Part shown: one piece after another, positions 12,053 through 22,513 of the stretch
How positions within the stretch are numbered: position 1 is the first letter of the stretch
Layout of the letters: every line of letters starts with the position of its first letter
NCBI GenBank assembly: GCA_035765495.1
Contig: DASTXM010000018.1
Coordinates: 910-64,909 of the forward strand
Source: Hanamia sp.
GTDB lineage: Bacteria; Bacteroidota; Bacteroidia; Chitinophagales; Chitinophagaceae
DNA: 64,000 nt
Reading direction: 5' to 3'
The notes under the pieces: model-generated
Told to the model about the DNA's origin: nothing
Databases searched by the model: none
What the model saw: only the letters and a program-made list of their open reading frames with translations
Position numbers and translations under genes: made by a program

Positions 12053-12904
12053 TTAGGAGATCATCTTTTCAATTGGCACCACCAGGATTCCCTCCGCTTC
12101 AAATTGTTTTAGTTTTTCAATTACTTCCCAAAAATCATTTTCGTTTACAACTGTTTGAACACTGCTCCAGCCGCTTTCAGCCAGCGGTACAACAGTTGGA
12201 CTTTTCATTCCCGGCAGTAACCCACAAATATTTTTCAACTGATGATCAGGTGCATTCATCATAATGTATTTGTTATTTTTTGCCGCCTTTACTGCATTAA
12301 TACGGAGCAATAAATTATCCAGAATTTGCCTGTTTTCTGAATTTAAATTTTTATTGGCAACCAATACCGCTTGTGAATCAAGGATCACTTCCACTTCCTT
12401 CAGGTTATTGGTAAAAAGAGTGCTACCGCTGCTGACCAAATCGCATATAGCATCAGCTAAACCGATACTTGGCGCTATTTCCACCGAACCGCTGATCTCA
12501 TGGATTTCCGCTTGTATCTTATTATCATTCAAAAACTTTTGCAAGAGAACCGTGTAAGAAGTGGCGATCTTCAAGCCGTTCAAATCCTGCGGCCTTTTAT
12601 ATCCCATGTTTTTGGGAACGGCAATGCTTAAACGGCAACGCCCAAATCCCAACTTACTTACAATCTGTAGTTCTTTTTCTTTTTCAAAAACAACATTTTC
12701 TCCAACGATTCCTACATCTGCCACATTATCAGAAACGTATTGTGGAATATCATCATCACGGAAAAAATAAGCTTCCGCAGGAAAATTGGACGCTCTCACC
12801 TTTAACTGGCGGTTGCCATTGTTTAATTCAATTCCACATTCCTTCAAAAGTTGAACCGATTGTTCATACAATCTACCTGATTTTTGGATCGCGATCTTTA
12901 GCAT
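12053..12904 (-). CDS. hisG: ATP phosphoribosyltransferase (long form)
   Basis: IAIQKSGRL, RDDDIP, GSVEIAP, DLVSSGSTL. Confidence 0.97.
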   Translation of the reverse strand: MLKIAIQKSGRLYEQSVQLLKECGIELNNGNRQLKVRASNFPAEAYFFRDDDIPQYVSDNVADVGIVGENVVFEKEKELQIVSKLGFGRCRLSIAVPKNMGYKRPQDLNGLKIATSYTVLLQKFLNDNKIQAEIHEISGSVEIAPSIGLADAICDLVSSGSTLFTNNLKEVEVILDSQAVLVANKNLNSENRQILDNLLLRINAVKAAKNNKYIMMNAPDHQLKNICGLLPGMKSPTVVPLAESGWSSVQTVVNENDFWEVIEKLKQFEAEGILVVPIEKMIS

Positions 12905-12921
12905 TTTATTCTTTTAAAATG

Positions 12922-12948
12922 AAAAAAGGCTCACTTTTCAGTAAGCCT
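12922..12948 (-). terminator. his attenuator terminator
   Basis: Minus strand AGGCTTAC-TGAAAA-GTGAGCCT followed by a T run, between leader ORF and hisG. Confidence 0.85.
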
Positions 12949-12984
12949 CTTTAAATTATGTGATTACATACAAATCAATACAGC

Positions 12985-13035
12985 TTACCCGTGTGGTAAA
13001 ATATGATGATGATGTATGTGAAAATTTTGATTCAT
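12985..13035 (-). CDS. hisL: his operon leader peptide MNQNFHIHHHHILPHG
   Basis: 16-aa ORF with 6 His codons (4 consecutive) upstream of a terminator; GTAAGC at the stop can pair with the GCTTAC stem arm (antiterminator). Confidence 0.9.
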   Translation of the reverse strand: MNQNFHIHHHHILPHG

Positions 13036-13091
13036 TGAGGATGCAAAGTAATGAATGAAATTTTATAGTAACAAAACTTTTTTTTAATCTA

Positions 13092-14108
13092 TTAAAACGG
13101 TTCCACACTTATCCCAAGCCCATACCCTTCCGAATAAATAATTTTTCCATAATCATAAGTAACTCCTTTTGCTACATCTTGTTCCAAAAGCAAAGGGCCA
13201 TCCATATCTACATAATCCAACATTGGTAACAATTGCGCAATGGCGCCTGTGCCGATATAACTTTCGTTCATACAACCTACCATTACTTTCATATCGTTTT
13301 CCCGGGCGTTTTTGATCATGCGGAGCGCCGGAGTAATGCCGCTGCATTTGGTTAGCTTAATATTTATCCCATGAAAATATCCTTTGCATTTTTCAACGTC
13401 GCTTTCAAACACGCAACTTTCATCAGCGATCAATGGCAATGGCGAATTTTCGTACAAAAATTTCATTCCATCCCAATCATCTTTTGCCAAAGGCTGTTCA
13501 ATAAATTCAACTCCAAGGTCAGCAAGAGTTTTTATTTTTTCCAAAGCCTCTTCAGCTTGCCATGCTGCGTTTGCATCAATGCGGAAAACTGAATCTGTAT
13601 TTTTTCTCAAAGCCTTCATGATCTCAATATCCTTGTCCGTACCCAATTTAATTTTATAAATTGGCCATGGAGTTTCTTTCATTTTCGCCACCATTTTATC
13701 GATGCTGTCAATGCCAATTGTAATGTCGGTAAGAGGATTATTAGAAATATCAAGATTCCACAACTGGTATAACTGTTTTCGTTTCATCTTTCCAAACATA
13801 TCCCATGCGGCAAGATCTAAAGCGCAAATCAGGAAAGGATCATAAGGAATAAGGTGATGCAAATAATGCCAATATCTTTCCGGTTCTGTAAAAGAAAATT
13901 TTTCGATCATTTTCTTTTTCTCTTCAATATCCGCGATCATTTTATCAACAGTGATATTGTAATATGGAATCGCCGGTGCTTCGCCATAACCTTTTATCCC
14001 AAAAAAATCGAGCTGCACCAACAAAGCAGGCTGATGTGTTTTGGTTCCTTTCGAAATAGTAAATGGATGTTTAAATTTTAGGTTGGATTTTTTATATTCT
14101 AATTTCAC
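13092..14108 (-). CDS. Dipeptide epimerase (L-Ala-D/L-Glu epimerase, enolase superfamily)
   Basis: KIKLG, DAN, EQP, ADES, NIKLTKCSG, GCMNES, DMDG motifs. Confidence 0.9.
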   Translation of the reverse strand: MKLEYKKSNLKFKHPFTISKGTKTHQPALLVQLDFFGIKGYGEAPAIPYYNITVDKMIADIEEKKKMIEKFSFTEPERYWHYLHHLIPYDPFLICALDLAAWDMFGKMKRKQLYQLWNLDISNNPLTDITIGIDSIDKMVAKMKETPWPIYKIKLGTDKDIEIMKALRKNTDSVFRIDANAAWQAEEALEKIKTLADLGVEFIEQPLAKDDWDGMKFLYENSPLPLIADESCVFESDVEKCKGYFHGINIKLTKCSGITPALRMIKNARENDMKVMVGCMNESYIGTGAIAQLLPMLDYVDMDGPLLLEQDVAKGVTYDYGKIIYSEGYGLGISVEPF

Positions 14109-16786
14109 CTGCCGCTTTCTTTAATAAATTTTTTCAAATCGTCGTTAAATTCTTCTTCTTTTAATAATGCTTCCAAATCCAGGTGCATCCTGTAGTGCCA
14201 ATATTGATTGGGATCAGATGGATCGTTTATCCTCTCTTCCTTTGGATCGGGTGCTCTAAGCTTTTCATTCATTCCAAGCAAATCAGTTAACTGAAAAATG
14301 CTCCACATGGCCGGTGAATACAAGTGCTGCAAAATGATCTTCTTGTTTATCCAGTCCTCGCATGTGGCCGGCGCCTCTCCATATTGTCCAAGCATAAAAT
14401 TGTAAAAGCGTTGCGTTTGCTGCCGGTCTTCTTCCCACCATCCTCTTATTGTGCTCATGTCATGCGTTGAAGGCATTACCACGGATAAATAAGGTGCGTC
14501 ATCAGGATGAAAAAATTCTTTCCCCTCAGATTTTGGCATTCTCTCAATTTCAAGGCCCAGGATTCCAATCTGGTTCATCACATCCGGCACAGCCGGAGGA
14601 ACCATTCCCAAATCTTCACCACAAACAAGCATCCTGGTATTTCTTTTTAAAGAAGGTAATTTTTTCATACCTTCTTTTTTCCAAAAATCATTTTGTCTGC
14701 GGTAAAAATAATCTATATAAAAATGCCACAAAGCATCTTTGGTATATTCATCCAGGGCCTGGTAAGAACTTGTTTTCTCCATCGAAATACGGAAGTGGAA
14801 TTTCTGTTGACTTGAATTTTCCGCCTCAAAAAGAATTACATTGCTGATGAGGTCAAACAAACCTTGCTTCAATTGCTGATCATCAGCGTCCTTTAAAAAA
14901 GATACCACTTTCGCCTGCGTATTTACAAAATCCTTTAAAGAAAATTTCCCATCTGGCAAAGGATCAAGAAAATTTTCTTTAACTTCTCCTGCCCTTTCTC
15001 CAAAGATATCTTTAAGAACTTGCTCCGTAATATAGGGCTGGCAATAACGGTCATAGTTAAACGCAATATTTCTCCATTGAAATTCTGAAATATCAATAGG
15101 AATTGCGGGAACAAATCTTCCCATTACGCCTTCCACTGATTCCATCGGAATACTCCAAATCCTGAAAAAGCCAAGTATGTGGTCGATACGAAAAGCATCA
15201 AAATAATTACTCATCTGGTCGAAACGGCTGCGCCACCAATTGTAATGGTCTTTGCTCATTTCTTCCCAGTTGTAAGTAGGAAATCCCCAATTTTGTCCTT
15301 TCACTGCAAAATCATCGGGAGGCGCACCAGCCTGCTCGTCCATATTGAACAGATCAGGATTGACCCATGTATCACAACTATAACGATAAACACCGATGGG
15401 GATATCGCCCTTCAAAACGATTTTTTGCTGGTGGGCATAATCGGCCACTTCCTTCAATTGCAAATGCAAATGGTATTGAATGAAATAAGTAAACAGTATC
15501 TGGTTATAATGTTTTTGGGAAGGAGAAACAAGTTTTTGGATCGCTTGCTCATTGTATTGCTTGTAACTTCTCCACTTGCTTGAATCAGGCGTTTTATATT
15601 TATCACGCAAGTAACAAAAAGCAGCATAAGGAACAAGCCAATGGCGGTTCAGTTCAAAAAACTCAAAATAATCAATGTCATTTTTAAATTCTTTTTTTCC
15701 TGCATCAAACAGTTCCTTCAGTGCAGTAAGTTTGAACTTCATTACCTGCTCATAATCGAATTTGTCCAACTCGTTTAATTGCTTCTGCTTTCTTTTCAAA
15801 GGCTTAATGAGTGAGGCAAATTCCTTTCCGGCTACTTTTTCAAGATTGATATAAATTGGGTGCAATGCAAAAGCGGAAATGGCAGCATAAGGATAAGACT
15901 CTCGCCACGTATGACTGGCGGTAGTATCATTCACGGGCAGCAACTGGATGAGTTTCATTCCGGTCTTATTGGCCCAATCGATCAATAATTTTATATCCGA
16001 AAATTCACCAACACCGAAGCTTTTCTTACTTCTTAAACTAAAGACCGGAACGGAAACTCCGGCCCCTTTCCAAAGACCAGGTTGATAATTTACAAATCCA
16101 TCGTTTAAAATTGTTATCCCTTTTTCTTCTTCTTCAAATTGCCTGATCATGCGATTTTCGCCCAACTCATAGGCAACGAACTTTTTTTCATTGATATTAT
16201 AAATCCCGTATTTATAACTTGCCGGCCATTCATTTTCTTCTAAGAAAACCTTGGCAGAATACCAATTATTATGTGGCGATAAAATGATAGGATCATCTGT
16301 ATTCCATGTTTTCAAATGTGTGGTAGAACCGCAAAGACAGATCGTTTCACCCGGCTTTAATAATGGAGCCTTTACCCTGAAAATGTGATTGTATTTTCTT
16401 GGAGAAGGAACTTTCACTTTGGTTACCGGCGGCAACAATACTTTACTGAAAGCAGCAGTAAAAAATACATTCCAAACATTTCCTGTGCTGTTCCATGTGT
16501 CGAAAACAGAATATGAATCTTGCTTGCGTACGGAAAGATCAATGTACCTGTTCTCTTCACCGTCATAAATTTCGATCCCTTTAATGTCTTTCAGAATGTA
16601 CTTGTAATGGATCTCGTCATCAAAATCATCCGGAAAGTCAACCGTTACCAACCAATAATCGTTGTTAAACCAATGGAGTGGAACTGCATTTGCGGAGTTG
16701 TTATCTCCCAAATATTTATTGTTTCCAATGATAAATAATTCTTCGCCAAAAACTGTATGATATCTTAAAAAGAAATTGATCTTCAT
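14105..16786 (-). CDS. malQ: 4-alpha-glucanotransferase (GH77) with N-terminal CBM20 domains
   Basis: QLLPVNDT, KGDIPIG, GAPPD, RIDHILGFFRIW, GEDLG, THD. Confidence 0.93.
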   Translation of the reverse strand: MKINFFLRYHTVFGEELFIIGNNKYLGDNNSANAVPLHWFNNDYWLVTVDFPDDFDDEIHYKYILKDIKGIEIYDGEENRYIDLSVRKQDSYSVFDTWNSTGNVWNVFFTAAFSKVLLPPVTKVKVPSPRKYNHIFRVKAPLLKPGETICLCGSTTHLKTWNTDDPIILSPHNNWYSAKVFLEENEWPASYKYGIYNINEKKFVAYELGENRMIRQFEEEEKGITILNDGFVNYQPGLWKGAGVSVPVFSLRSKKSFGVGEFSDIKLLIDWANKTGMKLIQLLPVNDTTASHTWRESYPYAAISAFALHPIYINLEKVAGKEFASLIKPLKRKQKQLNELDKFDYEQVMKFKLTALKELFDAGKKEFKNDIDYFEFFELNRHWLVPYAAFCYLRDKYKTPDSSKWRSYKQYNEQAIQKLVSPSQKHYNQILFTYFIQYHLHLQLKEVADYAHQQKIVLKGDIPIGVYRYSCDTWVNPDLFNMDEQAGAPPDDFAVKGQNWGFPTYNWEEMSKDHYNWWRSRFDQMSNYFDAFRIDHILGFFRIWSIPMESVEGVMGRFVPAIPIDISEFQWRNIAFNYDRYCQPYITEQVLKDIFGERAGEVKENFLDPLPDGKFSLKDFVNTQAKVVSFLKDADDQQLKQGLFDLISNVILFEAENSSQQKFHFRISMEKTSSYQALDEYTKDALWHFYIDYFYRRQNDFWKKEGMKKLPSLKRNTRMLVCGEDLGMVPPAVPDVMNQIGILGLEIERMPKSEGKEFFHPDDAPYLSVVMPSTHDMSTIRGWWEEDRQQTQRFYNFMLGQYGEAPATCEDWINKKIILQHLYSPAMWSIFQLTDLLGMNEKLRAPDPKEERINDPSDPNQYWHYRMHLDLEALLKEEEFNDDLKKFIKESGR

Positions 16787-16989
16787 TTATTATCCTGTTA
16801 AAAAAACACAATTTAATCCCTTTCGATTAAAAATGTAAATTATACACAATTAATCTCCCCGAGCGGCTTGTTTTGTTAGTAAAGCAACAAATATCCGAAG
16901 TTTTTATCTTAATTATTACGGTGAATATTTCGAATTTCCAGCAACTAAACAGTACGGCATAAGGCTAAAATAACGGTGAGGCATAAACG

Positions 16990-17018
16990 AAAAAAGGTCA
17001 TCTCTTCGAGACGACCTT
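16990..17018 (-). terminator. Intrinsic terminator of dnaK
   Basis: Minus strand AAGGTCGTCTC-GAA-GAGATGACCTT followed by a T run, just after the dnaK stop. Confidence 0.8.
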
Positions 17019-17038
17019 GGTTTATTTATTATCAATCA

Positions 17039-18949
17039 CTATTTCACTTCTTCAAATTCTGCGTCTGTAACGTTATCACCGCCTGCATTGGTTTCTGCTC
17101 CTTGCTCTTGGCCTGCATTTGCCTGTCCGTCGCCCTGTGGTTGTCCCTGGCTTGACTTATACATTTCTTCGCTGGCAGTTGTCCATGCTGAATTTAATTC
17201 TGCAGTCGCTGAATCAATATCGGCCAGATTCTGACTTTTATGAGCATCTTTCAGTTTTTGCAAAGCCGTCTCAATCGGCGCTTTTTTATCGGATGAAATT
17301 TTATCACCAAATTCTTTCAATTGTTTTTCAGTCTGGAAAATGAGGCTGTCTGCCTGGTTCAGTTTATCAACTTTTTCCCTTTCAGCCTTGTCGGCAGCTT
17401 CATTGGCTTTTGCTTCATTCTTCATTTTTTCGATCTCTTCCTTGCTCAAGCCACTTCCTGCTTCAATCCTTATATTATGAGATTTTCCAGTGCCTTTATC
17501 TTTAGCTGAAACATTTAAAATACCGTTAGCGTCGATATCAAAAGTTACCTCGATCTGCGGAACACCACGAGGAGCCGGTGGAATGCCATCAAGGTTAAAG
17601 GTTCCAAGACTTTTATTTTGAGATGCCATCGGGCGCTCCCCTTGTAAAACGTGGATCTGAACACCAGGTTGGTTATCGCTTGCAGTTGAGAAAACTTCTG
17701 TTTTCTTTGTTGGAATTGTAGTGTTTGAATCAATCAATCTTGTCATAACACCACCCATTGTCTCAATTCCTAAAGAAAGAGGAGTAACGTCAAGTAACAA
17801 CACATCTTTTACTTCTCCAGTCAACACGCCTCCCTGGATGGCCGCACCAATTGCTACTACTTCATCAGGATTTACGCCTTTGTGTGGTTTTTTGCCAAAG
17901 AAGTTTTCGACCAACTCCTGCACTTTCGGAATACGTGTTGAACCACCAACCAGGATCACTTCATTAATATCATTCTTGCTCATTCCTGCATCTTTCAATG
18001 CGGCTTCACAGGGTTTTAAACAACGTGTGAAAAGCTCATCAGCCAATTTTTCAAACTGTGAACGTGTGAGTTTCTTCACAAGGTGTTTTGGAACGCCGTC
18101 AACTGCTGTAATGTAAGGAAGATTGATCTCAGTTTCTGTTGAAGAAGACAACTCAATCTTTGCTTTTTCAGCAGCTTCTTTCAACCTTTGCCAGCTCATT
18201 GGATCTTTGTGCAAATCAATTCCTTCATCTTTCTGGAATTCCAATGCCAGCCAATCCATAATCACTTTATCAAAATCATCACCACCAAGGTGCGTATCTC
18301 CGTTTGTTGATTTAACTTCAAAAACACCTTCGCCCAATTCAAGAATTGAAATATCGAAAGTACCACCACCCAGGTCAAACACAGCCACTTTTTGGTCAAC
18401 ATTTTTCTTGTCCAAACCATAAGCCAAAGCCGCTGCTGTCGGTTCGTTGATGATACGGCGAACTTTCAATCCTGCAATTTCACCGGCTTCTTTTGTTGCC
18501 TGTCTTTGAGAATCATTAAAATATGCGGGAACGGTGATAACCGCTTCAGAAACTTCCTGCCCTAAATAATCTTCGGCAGTCTTTTTCATTTTCTGAAGGA
18601 TCATTGCAGAAATTTCCTGTGGAGTATATTGCCTGCCTTCTATGTCAATACGAACGGTATCATTGTCACCTTTTACCAATTTATAACTTTGATGAGTAGC
18701 CTCGCTTGTAACTTCATCCCATTTGTGCCCCATAAAACGCTTCACACTCATGATGGTATTTTTCGGATTAGTGATCGCCTGCCTTTTTGCTGGATCGCCA
18801 ACTTTTCGCTCACCATTTTTAAGGAACGCAACTACAGAAGGCGTTGTGCGGCGACCTTCATCGTTGGGTATTACTACCGGTTCGTTACCTTCCATTACTG
18901 CCACGCAACTGTTAGTAGTTCCGAGGTCAATACCTATAATCTTTGCCAT
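17039..18949 (-). CDS. dnaK: Chaperone DnaK
   Basis: [26 protein letters not shown]-terminal DAEFEEVK. Confidence 0.99.
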   Translation of the reverse strand: MAKIIGIDLGTTNSCVAVMEGNEPVVIPNDEGRRTTPSVVAFLKNGERKVGDPAKRQAITNPKNTIMSVKRFMGHKWDEVTSEATHQSYKLVKGDNDTVRIDIEGRQYTPQEISAMILQKMKKTAEDYLGQEVSEAVITVPAYFNDSQRQATKEAGEIAGLKVRRIINEPTAAALAYGLDKKNVDQKVAVFDLGGGTFDISILELGEGVFEVKSTNGDTHLGGDDFDKVIMDWLALEFQKDEGIDLHKDPMSWQRLKEAAEKAKIELSSSTETEINLPYITAVDGVPKHLVKKLTRSQFEKLADELFTRCLKPCEAALKDAGMSKNDINEVILVGGSTRIPKVQELVENFFGKKPHKGVNPDEVVAIGAAIQGGVLTGEVKDVLLLDVTPLSLGIETMGGVMTRLIDSNTTIPTKKTEVFSTASDNQPGVQIHVLQGERPMASQNKSLGTFNLDGIPPAPRGVPQIEVTFDIDANGILNVSAKDKGTGKSHNIRIEAGSGLSKEEIEKMKNEAKANEAADKAEREKVDKLNQADSLIFQTEKQLKEFGDKISSDKKAPIETALQKLKDAHKSQNLADIDSATAELNSAWTTASEEMYKSSQGQPQGDGQANAGQEQGAETNAGGDNVTDAEFEEVK

Positions 18950-18987
18950 AACTTAATAATTTTATTTAATTAGTTTTTCTTTTAACG

Positions 18988-19003
18988 ACAAGGTTTATGC
19001 CAA
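18988..19003 (-). promoter_or_regulatory. Sigma54-like -24/-12 promoter of dnaK
   Basis: TTGGCATAAACCTTGT resembles TGGCAC-N5-TTGC. Confidence 0.5.
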
Positions 19004-19045
19004 GCGGCTGAATGTGCAAAATTGTCAGTAACGCTTTTATTACTC

Positions 19046-19110
19046 TAACTTCTATCATTTAGAATAATGATCAGCATCATTTTAAACAGCGATTCAAACT
19101 ATGAAATTTG
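19046..19110 (+). promoter_or_regulatory. CRP/FNR-type box promoter of ppsA-pfkB
   Basis: TGATCAGCATCA (19068-79), 23 nt gap, GAAATTTG (19103-10); degenerate box TAACTTCTATCA 22 bp upstream. Confidence 0.75.
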
Positions 19111-19125
19111 AGAAAAACGAAAGCT

Positions 19126-21531
19126 ATGTTGTACATCAAAAGGTTTAGCGAAATCCACATTTCAAATGTGAATTTGGTAGGAGGAAAAAATGCTTCTTTA
19201 GGAGAAATGTTTAACAGCCTTTCTTCAAAAGGCATCCAGATTCCTGATGGCTTTGCCACCACCTCTGCGGCTTTCTATTATTTTTTAGATTACAATTCCA
19301 TTGCAGCACCTTTAAAAAATTTGCTTGCGCAATTAGACACGGTCAATTTTAAAAATCTAAAAAAGATCGGGAAAGAAGCAAGGGAAATGATGGAGAAGGC
19401 AACAATTCCCCAGGATCTTTCAAAAGAAATTATTGAAGCGTACGAGGCTCTTGCAGGTAATAAGCATATTGAAGTTGCCGTCAGAAGCAGCGCAACCGCC
19501 GAAGACCTTCCGCAGGCAAGTTTTGCTGGTCAGCATGAAAGTTACCTGAATATAAAAGGAGAAGATGAATTATTAAAAGCCGTGCAGCGCTGTTTCGCTT
19601 CAATATATACCGATCGTGCAATCAAATACAGGGTTGACAACGGTTTTGCTCATGAGAAGGTTGCCCTTTCTGTTGGTATCCAAAAAATGGTCAGAAGTGA
19701 TAAAGCGTGCTCGGGTGTTGCTTTTACGCTTGAACCTGAGTCAGGATTCCGAAAGGTGATCCATATTGCCGGCGTTTGGGGATTGGGAGAAAATATGGTC
19801 CAGGGAACGGTGAACCCTGATGAATTTCTTGTTTTTAAACCCACATTACAACAAGGCAAAAACGCCATCCTCCAAAAAAGAATGGGCGATAAGAATAAGA
19901 CGATGATTTATACAAACGATCCTGAAAATCCCGTAAAAAATATCGACAGTCCTGATGAAAAAAAGAACCAATTCATTTTAACTGACGCCGAAATTACTCG
20001 ATTGGCTAAATGGGCTTTGATAATCGAAGAACATTACAAAAAGCCAATGGATATCGAATGGGCAAAAGATGGAAACACCGGCGCATTTTATATAATCCAG
20101 GCAAGGCCAGAAACGGTTCATTCCCAAATCGATCCGCTACAGATCGAAGAATATGAATTGAAAGAAAAAGGGAAATTATTGTCTTCGGGAGAAGCAATCG
20201 GGAGCAAAGTTGCTGCCGGCATCGCAAGGATAATAAATTCACCATCAGAAGCGGATAAGTTAAATAAAGGAGAAATTGTAGTTACCGAATTAACAAGTCC
20301 TGATTGGGATCCGATTTTAAAGAAAGCATCTGCGATCGTAACGAACAAAGGTGGCCGGACTAGTCATGCATCAATTGTTGCGCGGGAAATTGGCGTTCCG
20401 GCTGTTGTAGGTTGTGGTGACGCAACTTCCCAAATAAAAGATGGAGAAACAATTACCGTTTCCTGTTGTGAAGGCAAGGAAGGATTTGTTTATGAAGGCC
20501 GGTCTAATTTTCATGTAAAACACATTGACCTGAAAGACATAAAACTTCCGGAAAGCACAAAAGCCATGTTGATCGTTGGCGACCCGGAAAAGGCGTTTAA
20601 ATTTTCATTTTATCCAAATGACGGAGTGGGTTTAATGCGACTTGAATTCATTATTACCAATGCGATTCGGATTCATCCAATGGCATTGGTAAAGTTCAAC
20701 CAGATGAAGGATGAATCGGCAAAAAGCGAAATTGAAAAACTAACACATGCTTATGCGGACAAAGAAAAATATTTTGTTGAAAAGCTTTCACAGGCTGTAG
20801 CTACCACCGCATCTGCATTTTACCCAAAAGAAGTTATTGTCAGAATGAGTGATTTTAAAACCAATGAATACGCAAGCTTGCTGGGCGGAAAAGAATTTGA
20901 ACCGGTTGAAGAAAATCCAATGCTTGGATTTCGTGGCGCTTCAAGATATTACAACGATCGATACAAAGAAGGTTTCAGGCTGGAATGCGAAGCATTAAAA
21001 ATTGTCAGGGAGGAAATGGGATTTACAAATGTAAAAGTGATGATCCCGTTTTGCAGAACGGTAGAAGAAGGAAAAAAAGTGATAGAAGTAATGAAAACTT
21101 TTGGGCTGGAACGTGGTAAAAACGATTTAGAAATTTATGTGATGGCGGAGATTCCGAACAATGTATTTTTAGCCGAAAAATTTGCTCAAATTTTTGATGG
21201 TTTTTCAATCGGTTCTAATGACCTGACTCAACTGGTTCTTGGTATCGATCGTGATTCTTCAATCATTTCAGGGCTCTTCAATGAACAGGATGAAGGTGTG
21301 AAACAGCAGATTGCGACGGTGATACGTAAGGCTCGAAAAGCCGGAGCCAGGATAGGTTTGTGTGGCCAGGCGCCAAGCGATTTTCCTGAATTTGCGCAAT
21401 TTCTGGTTGCGCAGGGAATAGATAGTATTTCATTTAATCCCGATGCAATCTTAAAAGGAATTGAAAACATCCGACTGGCCGAAAAGGCTGTAAAGGAAAA
21501 TAAGCTTTCTGAAACAATGATCATTATTTAA
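19126..21531 (+). CDS. ppsA: Phosphoenolpyruvate synthase (pyruvate,water dikinase)
   Basis: VGGKNASLGE, AVRSSATAED, SFAGQ, GGRTSHA (phospho-His), GSNDLTQ; ATG at 19126 follows the promoter. Confidence 0.96.
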   Translation: MLYIKRFSEIHISNVNLVGGKNASLGEMFNSLSSKGIQIPDGFATTSAAFYYFLDYNSIAAPLKNLLAQLDTVNFKNLKKIGKEAREMMEKATIPQDLSKEIIEAYEALAGNKHIEVAVRSSATAEDLPQASFAGQHESYLNIKGEDELLKAVQRCFASIYTDRAIKYRVDNGFAHEKVALSVGIQKMVRSDKACSGVAFTLEPESGFRKVIHIAGVWGLGENMVQGTVNPDEFLVFKPTLQQGKNAILQKRMGDKNKTMIYTNDPENPVKNIDSPDEKKNQFILTDAEITRLAKWALIIEEHYKKPMDIEWAKDGNTGAFYIIQARPETVHSQIDPLQIEEYELKEKGKLLSSGEAIGSKVAAGIARIINSPSEADKLNKGEIVVTELTSPDWDPILKKASAIVTNKGGRTSHASIVAREIGVPAVVGCGDATSQIKDGETITVSCCEGKEGFVYEGRSNFHVKHIDLKDIKLPESTKAMLIVGDPEKAFKFSFYPNDGVGLMRLEFIITNAIRIHPMALVKFNQMKDESAKSEIEKLTHAYADKEKYFVEKLSQAVATTASAFYPKEVIVRMSDFKTNEYASLLGGKEFEPVEENPMLGFRGASRYYNDRYKEGFRLECEALKIVREEMGFTNVKVMIPFCRTVEEGKKVIEVMKTFGLERGKNDLEIYVMAEIPNNVFLAEKFAQIFDGFSIGSNDLTQLVLGIDRDSSIISGLFNEQDEGVKQQIATVIRKARKAGARIGLCGQAPSDFPEFAQFLVAQGIDSISFNPDAILKGIENIRLAEKAVKENKLSETMIII

Positions 21532-21542
21532 CACCATTTCCC

Positions 21543-22499
21543 ATGCCTCAAATAGTAACCATTACCTTTAATCCGGCAATTGACAAAAGCACCACAATTA
21601 GTTCGCTTATTCCTGAGAAAAAACTGAAATGCACACCACCGGTTTTTGAACCCGGAGGCGGAGGAATCAATGTAGCAAGAGCTATCAAAAAGTTGGGAGG
21701 AAATGCAACAGCCATTTATCTTGCCGGAGGCTATTCAGGAAAGTTTCTTAATCAACTTCTTGATGAAGAAAATATTCCTTCTATCGTTATTGAAACAAAG
21801 CATCATTCAAGAGAAAACCTGATTGTTCTGGACAACTCTTCCAATCTCCAATATCGATTTGGAATGCCCGGACCTGTTATTTATGAAAACGAATGGAAGA
21901 AAGTTCTTTCTGTAGTGGAAGAATTGAAGGATGTAGAATATATTGTTGCCAGTGGTAGTTTACCTTCCAGTATTCCAAAAGATATTTTTGCAAATTTGTC
22001 TCTGATCAGCAGGAGTAAAAACGCAAAATTCATCGTTGACACCTCCGGAGAAGCGTTGCAGTACGCAGTAAACCAGGGCGTCTATTTATTAAAACCCAAT
22101 TTAAGTGAACTAAGCGCTTTGGCAGGTCGCGAAGAATTGAACGGTAACCAGGTGCAAGAAGTTGCAAGGCAGTTGATTCAAATAGGAAAATGTGAAGTAA
22201 TTGTTGTTTCACTGGGCGCTATGGGAGCTATGCTGATAACTGAAACAGAAACACATCAAATTATTCCTCCCCCAGTTAAGAAGGCCAGTACAGTGGGCGC
22301 CGGCGACAGCATGCTTGCAGGGATTGTTTTGAGCCTGGCAGAAAATAATACTTTGCTCGAGGCAGCTCAATATGGTGTTGCGTGCGGAACAGCAGCATGC
22401 ATGACCCTCGGAACACAATTGTGCAGGTTGAGTGATGTTGAAAAATTGTATGCAGCAATCAAAAAAGAAAAAAAAGATTTAAGTGAAGTGCACCAATAA
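21543..22499 (+). CDS. pfkB: 1-phosphofructokinase family hexose kinase (PfkB/Pfk-2 like)
   Basis: TFNPAID, PGGGGINVA, KPNLSEL, GAGDS. Confidence 0.88.
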   Translation: MPQIVTITFNPAIDKSTTISSLIPEKKLKCTPPVFEPGGGGINVARAIKKLGGNATAIYLAGGYSGKFLNQLLDEENIPSIVIETKHHSRENLIVLDNSSNLQYRFGMPGPVIYENEWKKVLSVVEELKDVEYIVASGSLPSSIPKDIFANLSLISRSKNAKFIVDTSGEALQYAVNQGVYLLKPNLSELSALAGREELNGNQVQEVARQLIQIGKCEVIVVSLGAMGAMLITETETHQIIPPPVKKASTVGAGDSMLAGIVLSLAENNTLLEAAQYGVACGTAACMTLGTQLCRLSDVEKLYAAIKKEKKDLSEVHQ

Positions 22500-22513
22500 A
22501 AAATCAAAATTTG

